Assembly (NCBI GenBank): GCA_966248255.1 | Contig: CBIMZH010000001.1 | Coordinates: forward strand, 1-32,116 | DNA from: an uncultured Cellvibrio sp. | GTDB taxonomy: Bacteria; Pseudomonadota; Gammaproteobacteria; Pseudomonadales; Cellvibrionaceae | DNA length: 32,116 nucleotides | Reading direction: 5' to 3' | Shown: piece by piece, positions 18,409-28,343 of the stretch | Numbering within the stretch: position 1 is the first letter of the stretch | Layout: each line of letters starts with the position of its first letter | Notes under the pieces: model-generated | The model's input: only the letters and a program-made list of their open reading frames with translations | What the model was told of the DNA's origin: nothing | Database searches by the model: none | Made by a program: the position numbers and the translations under genes

Positions 18409-19941
18409 TTAACTGGCCTGCATCAATTCGGTAACCAGCTCTAATTCCGACACCATTTGATCCAGCTGATAGTGCGGCACCAAATGAATAACACAGAAAT
18501 ATTGGCCGGGCTTATCCGGGTGCTCATGGACATTGACTCGCCCCTGACGAAGGGGGTAGCGCGCCTGTTCCTCCCAGTCCAAATCATCGCGGCCGGTGGT
18601 ATACCTAAACAGCCACTCCATTAAATATTGCTCGCAATCCTGCGCGGTAATAAACGAGCCAATTTTGTCCCTGATCATTACTTTCAAATAATGCGCAATA
18701 CGCGATGCACAGAGTACGTGCTGTAACATAGCCGAGAGCTTGGCATTGGCATCTACCGCTTTGGACACACGACTCCTGGGCAGTTGCACGGATTGATTAC
18801 TGTAGAAAGCCGCATAGGCAGTGTCATAGCAATGACACAGGGGTATAAAGCCCATATCGCTAAGCTCACGCTCCTGGGTGTCGGTGATAATGACATCCAC
18901 CACTGGCTTAGTAGCCAGGCCCTCTTTATCTGTTGTAAAGCTCTGTGCAGTTAAGTTGGTTACCAGACCACCACCAATTTGATCCCTGGGCACGCCGCGA
19001 ATGTGACCAAACCAGCCGACACCGGCAAACTCACGCAGCAAAATGCCAGCGAAGGCGTAACAGGCATTGCCCCAAAGGCTGGTCGATTTGCCTTTGGCCA
19101 CTGGCTTATCAAAATAGAAAATGCCTTTATAGCTACCTGGCGTGGTGCGGTAGGGGTTGCGCAATAAAATGCGCGGCATGGTCAAGCCAACAAAGCGCAT
19201 ATCCGGCTTGTCGCGCAGTGAGCGCCAGCGTATATATTCTTGCTGACTAAAAATGGATTGCAGATTGATCGGCATGCCCAGAGTTGAAAAATCATCCAGG
19301 CCAAATAATTCACTGGAGGCCCCGGCGATAAAAGGCGCGAAAGATGCAGCCGCTATCTGCCCCATGGCTGCCAGCGCGGATAAATCGTCCTCGGTATGGC
19401 GAGCCGAGCGCTTGTGGCTAATTTCGTAATCGCCAATAAGCACACCATAGGGCTCGCCACCGGGGGTGCCGTATTCCTCGCTATAGATTTTCTGAAACAG
19501 CTGGCTTTGATCAAACTCAAGCGCTTTTTCCAAATCGCGACAGACTTCTGCCCAGGCTATGTCCAACACTCGGATTTTGATATTGCGGTTGTTATCCGCC
19601 TGCACGGCGAGATACCAAAGCCCACGCCAGGAGGCTTCCAGTTTTTTAAATGCAGGGGCTTGAACTAGCGCATTGAGCTGGTCATTAATGAGATGGTCGA
19701 TTTCACTAATGGCGCGATTTAGCAGTAACTCAAGCTCAACCATCGAGGATGGCATGGCGCCATCGGTATAGTGCGCCAACCAATAGGCCAAGGCTTTACG
19801 CGGGTCTGACTCAGCTAAAAACTGATCAAGACTCAATATATAAGCTTGCTGCTCACACACAACATCCAGCAGTTCACTGGCCGCTGTAGCCGAGCGATTA
19901 ACCAGATCCTGTTCGATTGATGAGGTCACAAGTTTATCCAT
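18409..19941 (-). CDS. tssC: Second, divergent T6SS sheath large subunit TssC (TssC2)
   Basis: FKKLEASWRGL, ALEFDQSQLFQKIYSEEYGTPGGEPYG, SRIAHYLKVMIRDKIGS and PHYQLD. N-terminus differs strongly from TssC1. Confidence 0.93.
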   Translation of the reverse strand: MDKLVTSSIEQDLVNRSATAASELLDVVCEQQAYILSLDQFLAESDPRKALAYWLAHYTDGAMPSSMVELELLLNRAISEIDHLINDQLNALVQAPAFKKLEASWRGLWYLAVQADNNRNIKIRVLDIAWAEVCRDLEKALEFDQSQLFQKIYSEEYGTPGGEPYGVLIGDYEISHKRSARHTEDDLSALAAMGQIAAASFAPFIAGASSELFGLDDFSTLGMPINLQSIFSQQEYIRWRSLRDKPDMRFVGLTMPRILLRNPYRTTPGSYKGIFYFDKPVAKGKSTSLWGNACYAFAGILLREFAGVGWFGHIRGVPRDQIGGGLVTNLTAQSFTTDKEGLATKPVVDVIITDTQERELSDMGFIPLCHCYDTAYAAFYSNQSVQLPRSRVSKAVDANAKLSAMLQHVLCASRIAHYLKVMIRDKIGSFITAQDCEQYLMEWLFRYTTGRDDLDWEEQARYPLRQGRVNVHEHPDKPGQYFCVIHLVPHYQLDQMVSELELVTELMQAS

Positions 19942-20043
19942 TTGCGCTGCAAAAACTATTTTACCGCCAGCGAATTAATCCGGCGCACTCACAGTTCAGC
20001 AGAAAATTTAGGTACTAAAAACCAGGTAAATAAAAGAAGTACG

Positions 20044-20070
20044 AAAAAAGAGGCGGCTCTCGCCGCCTCT
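20044..20070 (-). terminator. Rho-independent terminator between tssC1 and tssC2
   Basis: Minus strand AGAGGCGGC-GAGA-GCCGCCTCT (9-bp perfect stem) running into a T6 tract, 23 nt after the tssC1 stop. Confidence 0.85.
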
Positions 20071-20093
20071 AGCTACACAAAAATTCCGATTAC

Positions 20094-21584
20094 TTAGCCA
20101 GCCTTGGGAATATTGGCAACCAAGCGCAGCGAGGCGGTAAGCTCTTCCATTTGCAGCCATGGGCGCATCATCACCACAGCATTAAATACGCCTGGTTGGC
20201 CTGGAACTTCCTTCACCTCTACGCGGGCTTCGCGCAGCGGGAATTGCGCCTTGGCTTCGGCACTGGCACCTTCACTGCCGTTAACATAATTGTTAATCCA
20301 GCGATTCAACCAGGTTTCCGCTTCACCCACTTCCATAAAGGAGCCGATTTTGTCACGCGCCATAACTTTCAAAAAGTGGGCAATACGCGAAGTGGCCATT
20401 ATGTAAGGCAGGCGCGCCGAAATTGCAGCGTTTGCGGTAGCATCCGGATCGTCATACTTTTTAGCGCGCTGCGTAGTTTGCGCACCAAAAAACACCGCGT
20501 AATCAGTATTTTTGTAGTGGCACAAAGGCAGGAAGCCCATTTTGCTTAGCTCGGCCTCGCGTCTATCAGTAATACCAATTTCGGTTGGACATTTCTGGTC
20601 AGTATCGCCATCGTCGCTGACAAACACATGGCTGGGCAGACCCTCCACTTTACCGCCACCTTCAGCGCCGCGTATGGCAGTACACCAGCCATTTTCAGCA
20701 AAGGCCGCAGTCAGGGTTGCACCCAGCGCATAGGCAGCATTCATCCAGCAGTAATCATTGTGCTCTGTCTCTGAGTGGCGGCCATCCTGAGTGCGTGCCG
20801 CTTCTTCAAAGTTAAAGGCCTCTACCGGTTTGGTCGCCTGGCCATAGGGCAGGCGCGCCAGAACACGCGGCATAGTCAGAGTCACAAAGCGTGAGTCTTC
20901 GGTGTCGCGAAAGCTGCGCCATTGAATGTATTCAGCACTGTCAAAGATTTTTTCCAGATCGCGCGGCTTAGACAGTTCGGTAAAGCTGTCGAAACCAAAC
21001 ATCTCTGGCGCTGCCGCAGAGAGGAAGGGACAAAAACCAGCAGCGGCAACATTGGACATTTTTGACAGCAGTGAGATGTCATCCGGATGGGTGGTGAACT
21101 CATAGTCTCCCACCAGCGCCGCATAGGGCTGACCACCGGCGGTGCCAAATTCACTTTCGTAGATTTTTTTGAAAATCTGGCTTTGATCGAACTCAACAGC
21201 CTTTTCCAAATCCTTGCCCAATTCCTTTTTAGTGATATTGAGCATGCGAATTTTTAGCTGACTGCCGGTTTCAGAGTTGCTGACCAGATAGTTGAGGCCG
21301 CGCCAGGAGCCTTCCAATTTCTGGAATTTTTCCTGGTGCATAACCGCCGCCAACTGCTTGGACATAAGCTCATCAATTGCATTGATAGCGGCATTAATAG
21401 TGACAGTGAGGTTTTTATCCCACTTAACTGTGCCTTTCATGGCCTCTTGCGTAAGGGTGCGCAAAAGCTCTTCGGTTTCATCGCGAGAGGTCTGCTTGGT
21501 AGCACCAATTGCCTGCTCCAGAAAGCTAAGTTCGCCAACTTCAACTTCAGTTGTCTGACCGGTAAGTTGTTCTTGATTAGTCAT
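20094..21584 (-). CDS. tssC: T6SS sheath large subunit TssC/VipB (TssC1)
   Basis: [42 protein letters not shown] and PWLQMEEL. Confidence 0.97.
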   Translation of the reverse strand: MTNQEQLTGQTTEVEVGELSFLEQAIGATKQTSRDETEELLRTLTQEAMKGTVKWDKNLTVTINAAINAIDELMSKQLAAVMHQEKFQKLEGSWRGLNYLVSNSETGSQLKIRMLNITKKELGKDLEKAVEFDQSQIFKKIYESEFGTAGGQPYAALVGDYEFTTHPDDISLLSKMSNVAAAGFCPFLSAAAPEMFGFDSFTELSKPRDLEKIFDSAEYIQWRSFRDTEDSRFVTLTMPRVLARLPYGQATKPVEAFNFEEAARTQDGRHSETEHNDYCWMNAAYALGATLTAAFAENGWCTAIRGAEGGGKVEGLPSHVFVSDDGDTDQKCPTEIGITDRREAELSKMGFLPLCHYKNTDYAVFFGAQTTQRAKKYDDPDATANAAISARLPYIMATSRIAHFLKVMARDKIGSFMEVGEAETWLNRWINNYVNGSEGASAEAKAQFPLREARVEVKEVPGQPGVFNAVVMMRPWLQMEELTASLRLVANIPKAG

Positions 21585-21588
21585 TTAA

Positions 21589-22107
21589 TTATTCCTCGCT
21601 TTTTCCTTCAGCGCCCAGCCCCAGCTCGCCAGACAGAGATGACAAGGCGCTGGTGTTACTCAGCACAGCTTCGAGTACGTTCTCCAGGTCTTCGGAACGG
21701 TCGGCCTTGGTCAGCAGATCACGCAATTTATTGCGGGTTTCCATCAGCTTTTTAAGGGGCTCAATTTGCTCAACCAAGCGGTGAGGTTCAAAGTCCTCCA
21801 TGGTTTTAAAGTCGAGACTGGTCGACAGCTCACTGCCATCGCCCTCGAGCATATTTTCTACTTTGAGACGCAGTTGCGGGTTGATCTTTCCCATAATCTC
21901 ATTGAAATTATCGCGATCAATTTGCGAGAACTTGCGATCTTTTAACGACTTTTTGCTATCCAGGTTATCACCTGAATAATCGCCCATAACCCCCATCACA
22001 AAGGGAATTTCCTTTTCAACTATGGAACCATTGGTCTCAACATCATAGGTAATGTGGACGCGAGGTTTTCTAACGCGCTTAAGTTTATCGTGGATGCTCT
22101 CGGACAT
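21589..22107 (-). CDS. tssB: T6SS sheath small subunit TssB/VipA
   Basis: [34 protein letters not shown] and [11 protein letters not shown]. Confidence 0.97.
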   Translation of the reverse strand: MSESIHDKLKRVRKPRVHITYDVETNGSIVEKEIPFVMGVMGDYSGDNLDSKKSLKDRKFSQIDRDNFNEIMGKINPQLRLKVENMLEGDGSELSTSLDFKTMEDFEPHRLVEQIEPLKKLMETRNKLRDLLTKADRSEDLENVLEAVLSNTSALSSLSGELGLGAEGKSEE

Positions 22108-22139
22108 AATCCCTAATCCTCTTTGGCTAGGTGGGTGAA

Positions 22140-23255
22140 TTAATTTTCTAAGTCGTTAACGCCAGTCAACATGGTGAAATGCTTGCGTGCTGTATCATCG
22201 GGAATAAGCTCAACAATCAGCTCGTCCAGCGCCATATTGCCCCACTTAACCGCTTTTTCCAGCGCATAGGAGACAGGCGAATGGGGTTCGGTTTTCTTAA
22301 AAAACTGGGCAATTTCAATGAGCTTTTTGAACGCGGACTCGCGATTTATTATTGCCTCATCTTTTGCTGCCGCCCTGGCCTGTGCAGCCGTTTGCGGCGC
22401 GCCTTCGGCGTCGACGGCCAGCTCCGGCTCCACCAACTCTTCTGCAACCGGTAACAAATGCTTGGCCATATGGTTAACGGCGGAGGCGCACTCCTGCAGC
22501 ACATTAATCAGCGCACGCATTGACGGAGCTTCGTCGCGCCCGCAGTGGTTTTCGAAACTGGTTTCCAAATTGCGACAGCTGTTTACCATCTGTGCAATAT
22601 CATCAAGTAAATCTACAAAAAACTGGCTATCTGTCGCGGCAACCACTTGCTCAATGGAGGCAAAGGAAAAGCCTAATTGGGCGGCCTTGCTCTCTTTGGC
22701 ATCCTCGTTGGAGATACGCTCCAGCTCCACTGCCTGCTGATATTGATAAAAAGCAAATGGCCCCGGGGTATAACCGCCAGTAATGGGGATACGGCGAATA
22801 GGCGCGATAAGCACCCCGTCGCTGGATTTGCCGTTTAGCCCGGCAAATTGTGCCACTCGGGTTTCTATGCCATCTTCATCGGGCATGGGATACAAATTAT
22901 CCCAATAGCGCTCAATTAACCCCTCCACCAAAAGCAGTGCGTCACGCAAGCCACTAAAGCCATAACGGCGAGTTAAGGCCTCGGTGTACCAGGTAACAAC
23001 ATCCAGATCTTTGGCTTTTTCGGTGAGGAGCTTAGGGGCTTCGTTAATTATTTTGCGCCAGTGTTCATCGGCATCACTGGCACCATCGTTATACAAATTA
23101 TTTTTTTCAGCATCGCGCGCCGCATAGCGAGCGGTTTTAATTATCTGATAACTGGATAGAGGAGATGAGTCGTCGCGGGGATCGCTGCCAGTAGCAAATT
23201 CGCCATCAATTGGCTGCAACAAACTTTCAATATCAATAACTGCAGGCGAGGCCAT
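22140..23255 (-). CDS. tssA: T6SS TssA (short ImpA-domain type)
   Basis: ImpA N-terminus (LLQPI...GSDPR, KAKDL, YWDNLYP) and C-terminal [13 protein letters not shown] motif. Confidence 0.93.
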   Translation of the reverse strand: MASPAVIDIESLLQPIDGEFATGSDPRDDSSPLSSYQIIKTARYAARDAEKNNLYNDGASDADEHWRKIINEAPKLLTEKAKDLDVVTWYTEALTRRYGFSGLRDALLLVEGLIERYWDNLYPMPDEDGIETRVAQFAGLNGKSSDGVLIAPIRRIPITGGYTPGPFAFYQYQQAVELERISNEDAKESKAAQLGFSFASIEQVVAATDSQFFVDLLDDIAQMVNSCRNLETSFENHCGRDEAPSMRALINVLQECASAVNHMAKHLLPVAEELVEPELAVDAEGAPQTAAQARAAAKDEAIINRESAFKKLIEIAQFFKKTEPHSPVSYALEKAVKWGNMALDELIVELIPDDTARKHFTMLTGVNDLEN

Positions 23256-23626
23256 TAAATAGTTTCCCTTTCATCCGATCTATATGCTTATCCCATATGC
23301 ACTACAGGCAAATGTAAGATCTACTTGCCAATTAGTGTTAATAGACGCCACTCATCAGCTCAGCAAATCTTAGGGCGACAAAGCTAACATAATTACCGCA
23401 ATAAAATAACTAGAGGCCCACATCATTTTAAGCGCCAAGTAGAGAAATGCGTCACAAAACTTGCGGTGGTATCTGCATTTGCGGGCGTGATAACATTCGT
23501 TTTTTATTGCAAGGCATGCAATTTTATATGCCAATAAGGTAATTTGTTTTAATCAGGGATAAGTTGTTAGTTCCTCCCTTTTTTGCAATTACTTAATCCA
23601 CATGGAATGAATCGGGTTTTTGTAAT
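23256..23626. promoter_or_regulatory. Divergent promoter/leader region of the two T6SS arms
   Basis: 371-bp AT-rich non-coding interval between divergent tssA and fha. Individual promoter elements are not confidently resolved. Confidence 0.75.
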
Positions 23627-25456
23627 ATGTCGTTGCGACTCAGCTTAATAAAGGCGCCTGAGGGTATAGATCTCTCGCGTACAAATTATATTTTTAGCCA
23701 GAGTGGCGGCACCCTGGGGCGTGCCGATAGCAATACCTGGGCACTGCCCGACCCGGATAAATTCCTCTCCTCTTGCCACTGCGAAATTACCTTTGCCGAT
23801 AATCAATTTTTTATTTTAGATCGCAGCACCAATGGCACATTTATCAACGGATCACCCGAGCCCATAGGTCGCGGCAGCCGCAGCCCACTCACAGATGGCG
23901 ATCAAATTGAATTGGGCGATTATCGTTTTGCGGTTGCACTTGAGGCTCAATCATCTGCAAGCTTTGAGTCAAACTCACCATTTGGCAGCAACCACAGCAA
24001 TCAAGCAGAGAATCCGCTGCTTAGGCCGTCAAACGATCCCTTCGCCGATTTTTCCACTGCTAAATCCGAGGATTTTTTTAGCAGCCCATCTAATGACCCT
24101 CTGGCTTTTTTTGCTGCACCAGACTCTGCGCCTTTTAGCACACCAGGGCAGGCTTCGCCTTTTGCATCAGACACTAAAGCATCGGCTGCGAGCAGCTCAC
24201 CCTTTGCCCATACAGGTGATTTTCTCAGTGACAGCAGAGAGTCAGACCCATTTGCCAAACAGGCCCTGGATGATTTTTTAGGCGATGCCGAGATTGCTTC
24301 TGGGGCAAAAAATTCTTCAGCGGTTTCATTTGCCAGTGTTGACCTAAGCCCGTCGCTCGATCAGGCGCTGGAGTGGCCAGACTCAACGCAGGAAAGTGTC
24401 ATACCGGAAGATTGGGCCGATGATTTGCTTGCGCCCAGCGCACCCCTACGCCCAAAACCAGCGACGCCCGCCAAGGCTATTACTCCGTCAACCAACGGCG
24501 ATAATTGGGCCGCCGCATCGGATTTGCGACCAACACAAAAACCTGCACCCAAAACCTCAGGCACAGAATCCTCAAGCACAGAACCCTCAGGTTTGCCGCA
24601 AGCCAAACCTCACCCGGCCAGCGACAATAAAACTGCACTTGAACCGCGCCAGCCCGCACCCGGGCTGCGCGAGCGAGTACCTCTGTCAGAGCGATTAGCG
24701 GTATTGGAAGCGCTGCAAAATCAGCAGCTAAATGCCGCACCAAATGAACAGCCATTAGAATCCCCCCCCAGATCAAGGCAAACCCAGTCGACGGTCAATC
24801 CGGCGCCCGCCCAAGTCGATCCAGAGACAGGCAAAGCGCGCGCGACTGAACCGAAAAGCTCGCGAGTAGTAGAGGCCTTGGGGCTGGATAAATCCCGGCT
24901 GAGCCAGGCAGACATTGCTGATATTGAGCAGCTATCTGGCGAGCTGCTGCGCGAGATAGTGGATGGCATGCTGGGTGTTTTGCGCTCCCGCGCCAATATC
25001 AAAAACGAATTTCGCATGAACGTCACCACCATTCAGCCCATCGAGAACAATCCGCTGAAGTTCTCGGTGAATGTCGAGGATGCACTGGAAAATCTTTTTC
25101 TCAAAAAGTCCAATGCATTTAAACGCCCGGCACAGGCGTTTCGCGAAGGATTCCAGGAAATTGCCGAACATCAGCTGGCGATGATCGCCGGTATTCGCGC
25201 TGGCTTTGATTCCATGATGGATAGATTTAACCCTGAGCCACTGGAGTCCAGCTTTGCCAAACAGGGCAAAGGCGGGCTGCTCCCCGGCATGCAAAAGGCC
25301 CGGTACTGGAATAGTTATCAGGAGTATTACCAGGGCCTTAGCGACAATATGGACCACTCATTTCAACACCTGTTTGGCAGTGAATTTGTCACCGCCTACG
25401 AAGATCAGCTGCGCCGTCTGGTTGCCTCCCGCCCCAAGGACACTCACCATGAATAG
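23627..25456 (+). CDS. tagH: T6SS-associated FHA domain protein Fha/TagH
   Basis: N-terminal FHA domain (LGR, SxxH, STNGTFING), long low-complexity linker with IPEDW, and C-terminal IKNEFRMNVTTIQPIENNPLKFS and HQLAMIAG motifs. Confidence 0.95.
   Translation: MSLRLSLIKAPEGIDLSRTNYIFSQSGGTLGRADSNTWALPDPDKFLSSCHCEITFADNQFFILDRSTNGTFINGSPEPIGRGSRSPLTDGDQIELGDYRFAVALEAQSSASFESNSPFGSNHSNQAENPLLRPSNDPFADFSTAKSEDFFSSPSNDPLAFFAAPDSAPFSTPGQASPFASDTKASAASSSPFAHTGDFLSDSRESDPFAKQALDDFLGDAEIASGAKNSSAVSFASVDLSPSLDQALEWPDSTQESVIPEDWADDLLAPSAPLRPKPATPAKAITPSTNGDNWAAASDLRPTQKPAPKTSGTESSSTEPSGLPQAKPHPASDNKTALEPRQPAPGLRERVPLSERLAVLEALQNQQLNAAPNEQPLESPPRSRQTQSTVNPAPAQVDPETGKARATEPKSSRVVEALGLDKSRLSQADIADIEQLSGELLREIVDGMLGVLRSRANIKNEFRMNVTTIQPIENNPLKFSVNVEDALENLFLKKSNAFKRPAQAFREGFQEIAEHQLAMIAGIRAGFDSMMDRFNPEPLESSFAKQGKGGLLPGMQKARYWNSYQEYYQGLSDNMDHSFQHLFGSEFVTAYEDQLRRLVASRPKDTHHE
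24555..24591 (+). repeat. 15-bp imperfect tandem repeat (about 2.5 copies) in the Fha linker
   Basis: cctcaggcacagaat / cctcaagcacagaac / cctcagg, encoding TSGTE-SSSTE-PSG. Confidence 0.7.
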
Positions 25457-25961
25457 AAATAAATCGCTATGTTCAAAGTTGCTGCTGGCCGGCCTTTGCC
25501 TGGTTTTTGCTATGGCTTTTGGCGGCTGCTCGTCGTCCAAAAGTCGCGTTGGCGGCATGCTCAATCTGGACACAGATTTACAGCTGGTATTTAAAGTGGC
25601 CGCCGATATTAATCCGGATGAAAGCAATCGCCCCTCGCCTTTGTTTGTCCGTTTCTACCAACTCAAATCGGCACAGACGTTTGAAAAAACCGACTTTATT
25701 GATATTTACGAGCGCGACAAGGATCTTTTTGGCGGAGACATTATTAGCAAGCAGGAGCTAAAACCCTTCGCACCCGGCGAATCGCGCCAAGAGCGTTTTG
25801 TCTTAAACCCGGGTGTGCGCTATATCGCGGTTTATGCGGAGTTTTCACAATACCCGGGCTCAAGTTTTAAAGTAGTTTTTCCGGTTACCGAGAATAATGT
25901 TATCCGCAACAAGGAAACTATCCAGATTGCCGGCCGCAGCCTGACTCTGGTTACAAAATAA
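25449..25961 (+). CDS. tssJ: T6SS outer-membrane lipoprotein TssJ, 170 aa
   Basis: Start reassigned to the ATG at 25449 (SD AAGGA; overlaps the fha stop). Lipoprotein signal ending FGG-C and DINPDESNRPSPLFVRFYQLK motif. Confidence 0.93.
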   Translation: MNRNKSLCSKLLLAGLCLVFAMAFGGCSSSKSRVGGMLNLDTDLQLVFKVAADINPDESNRPSPLFVRFYQLKSAQTFEKTDFIDIYERDKDLFGGDIISKQELKPFAPGESRQERFVLNPGVRYIAVYAEFSQYPGSSFKVVFPVTENNVIRNKETIQIAGRSLTLVTK

Positions 25962-25992
25962 TTCGTGCACGCGCATCAAGGATATAGAGCCC

Positions 25993-27327
25993 ATGTCTCT
26001 CGAAAGTAAGGTTATCTGGTCCGAGGGGATGTTTATCAATCCCCAGCATTTCCAGCAGCAAGATCGCTATTTTGAAAGTTATATCCAACGCAAATGCCGC
26101 CCCCAGGGCGACCTGTCCTGGGGCCTGCAGCAGCTGGAATTGGACCAGCAGCTATTGCGTCTGGGCAAAATTTCGCTGCAAAAAGGCCAGGGTATCTTCC
26201 CCGACGGAACGCCCTTTAGCTTTCCCGATATAGACGAAGCCCCCGCCGTGCTGGACCTGCCTGCAGGCTTGCACAACAAGCTCATTTACCTGGCTGTTCC
26301 AGTGCGCCGCCACGGCGCGGTAGACGTCCAAAAAAAGGAGAGCGCCCAGGCCCTGGCGCGCTATTTCCCCAGCGAGATGCCAGTGCGCGACAGCTCCCGC
26401 GATGGCGGTGAGGATCACCCTGTCGAGATTGCCAAACTGCGTATGCGCCTGCTGCTCGAAACCGACGATGCCAGTGGCTATGTCTGTATTGGCATTTTGC
26501 GTATTGCAGAATCGCGCGACGACAAAAACATTTTGCTCGACGAAAACTTTTTGCCCACTAGCCTGGAATTGCAGGCGTCGCCCAAATTAAGCGGGTTTGT
26601 TAACGAATTGGTTGGCCTACTCCACCATCGCGCCGAAGCCATTGCAGGGCGTCTGGCGGATTCGCGCCGCGGCGGCACCGCGGAAATTGCCGACTATATG
26701 CTGCTGCAGTTAATTAACCGCGCAGAGCCCTATATGGCACATTTGGGGCAAATCAAAAACATTCATCCGCAACCCTTATTTGGCGAGCTGGTTCAGCTCG
26801 CCGGCGAGCTGTCGACCTTTGTCGCCAAAGGCAAGCGCCCGCCGCAATTCCCGGAGTATCTGCACGATAATCTGCAGCAAACTTTCTCGCCGCTGATTAG
26901 CACCCTGCGCGAATACCTGACCATGGTCTACGAGCAAACGGCAATTGCCCTGCAACTGGTGGAGAAAAAATACGGCATCAGGGTTTCCGAAATTAACGAT
27001 CGCAGCCTGATTGGCACTGCGGCTTATGTGCTGGCCGTTCGCGCCGATGTCGCTGAAGAAGTAGTGCGCACTCGCCTGCCCGCGCAGATAAAAATTGGCC
27101 CGGTTGAGCGCATACGCGAACTGGTCAACGCCGCTATGCCAGGCATTGCCCTGCGCCCACTGCCGGTCGCCCCCAGACAAATTCCCTTCCGCACCGGTTA
27201 CTGTTATTTCGAACTGGACAGACACAGTGAGTTTTGGAAAGACCTGAAACAGTCAGGTGGATTTGCCTTGCATCTGGGCGGCGATTTTCCCGGCATAGAA
27301 ATGGAATTTTGGGCCATTCGCCAATAG
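25993..27327 (+). CDS. tssK: T6SS baseplate subunit TssK
   Basis: VIWSEGMFINPQHFQQQDRY, GIFPDGTPF, LPVAPRQIP and EFWAIR. Confidence 0.97.
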   Translation: MSLESKVIWSEGMFINPQHFQQQDRYFESYIQRKCRPQGDLSWGLQQLELDQQLLRLGKISLQKGQGIFPDGTPFSFPDIDEAPAVLDLPAGLHNKLIYLAVPVRRHGAVDVQKKESAQALARYFPSEMPVRDSSRDGGEDHPVEIAKLRMRLLLETDDASGYVCIGILRIAESRDDKNILLDENFLPTSLELQASPKLSGFVNELVGLLHHRAEAIAGRLADSRRGGTAEIADYMLLQLINRAEPYMAHLGQIKNIHPQPLFGELVQLAGELSTFVAKGKRPPQFPEYLHDNLQQTFSPLISTLREYLTMVYEQTAIALQLVEKKYGIRVSEINDRSLIGTAAYVLAVRADVAEEVVRTRLPAQIKIGPVERIRELVNAAMPGIALRPLPVAPRQIPFRTGYCYFELDRHSEFWKDLKQSGGFALHLGGDFPGIEMEFWAIRQ

Positions 27328-27425
27328 CGCTTTTATTGACTTGATACGCAGCCGCATCCGCTGCGCCAACGCGGGATACACAGCAAGGTCAGAGAAGTTT
27401 CTCTGCCCCTCGCAAAGGAATACTT

Positions 27426-28316
27426 ATGTCAGGCAGAGATTCAGATAAAACCGTATTTAAACAGCCCATGCCCGGCGGCGAGCGCACCACTATGCGCCCA
27501 ACCCCCGGTGGCCGAGCGGCGCCAGCAGCGCGCGACAACTATGAGCCGCAAGCCAGGCAGCAGCAAAGTCCAATTCGGGATGCGGGCCAAAGCACTATTG
27601 CATTTACCGCCAGCCAGGGGCTTAACCCCATTGTTAACGCCGCCAGTAAATTAATTGCCGTATTTAGTAAAACCCGCTCCACCGCTCGCCATACAGACGT
27701 AGGCGGCCTGCATCAACGCCTGCAGAGCGAGCTGCGCGAATTTGAAGCCAGGCTGCGCGATCAGGGGCTGCGTCAGGAGCAGCTGCTGTCAGCCAGGTAC
27801 CTGATGTGCTCAGTATTGGATGAAGCCGTACTCAACACGCCCTGGGGCTCCGAGAGCCCCTGGGCGCAGCGCACGCTGTTAAGCGTATTTCACGGCGAAA
27901 CGTCCGGTGGAGAAAAATCATTTCTGATTCTCGACAAGCTGCGGCAAACCCCCAGCGACAATCTGCATCTAATCGAATTGTTTTATATCTGTATCAGCCT
28001 TGGCTTTGAAGGGCGCTACAGATTTAACCCGCGCGGCAAAGAGGCACTGGAGCAGTTGCGCGATGAACTTTTTTCAATTATCCGCCGCCACAGAGGCGAC
28101 TATGAGCGCTCACTCTCGCCCAGTTGGATGGGCCTCGGCAGCAGCAAAAGCCAGCTGACTGAATTTCTGCCTCTGTGGTTTGTCGCTGTGCTTATGGTGG
28201 CGATTTTATTTTTTAGCTACACCGGCCTGCGCTATTGGCTTTACTCCAGCTCCCAGCCAGTGGTTGAACAACTTAATCAATTGCATCAGGGCCAACAAGA
28301 GCGATCATCCGAATAA
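27426..28316 (+). CDS. tssL: T6SS TssL/DotU without OmpA domain
   Basis: ARYLMCSVLDEAVLNTPWG, FHGETSGGEKSF and SLGFEGRY; single C-terminal TM helix with a short tail. Confidence 0.95.
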   Translation: MSGRDSDKTVFKQPMPGGERTTMRPTPGGRAAPAARDNYEPQARQQQSPIRDAGQSTIAFTASQGLNPIVNAASKLIAVFSKTRSTARHTDVGGLHQRLQSELREFEARLRDQGLRQEQLLSARYLMCSVLDEAVLNTPWGSESPWAQRTLLSVFHGETSGGEKSFLILDKLRQTPSDNLHLIELFYICISLGFEGRYRFNPRGKEALEQLRDELFSIIRRHRGDYERSLSPSWMGLGSSKSQLTEFLPLWFVAVLMVAILFFSYTGLRYWLYSSSQPVVEQLNQLHQGQQERSSE

Positions 28317-28343
28317 ATAGCCCAGACAGTTTTTTGCCCAGGT

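Noticed and set aside
23517-23534. Sigma54-like promoter TTGGCATATAAAATTGCA on the minus strand facing tssA
   Set aside because: The GG-to-GC spacing is 11 nt rather than the required 10, and no sigma54 activator gene is in the window.
24762-24769. C8 homopolymer in fha as a phase-variation site
   Set aside because: Short tract encoding Ser-Pro-Pro in a Pro-rich linker; the frame is intact and there is no evidence of variation.
25254-25448. 65-aa N-terminal extension of TssJ in the ORF track
   Set aside because: Lies inside fha. The ATG at 25449 has an SD and gives a proper lipoprotein signal.
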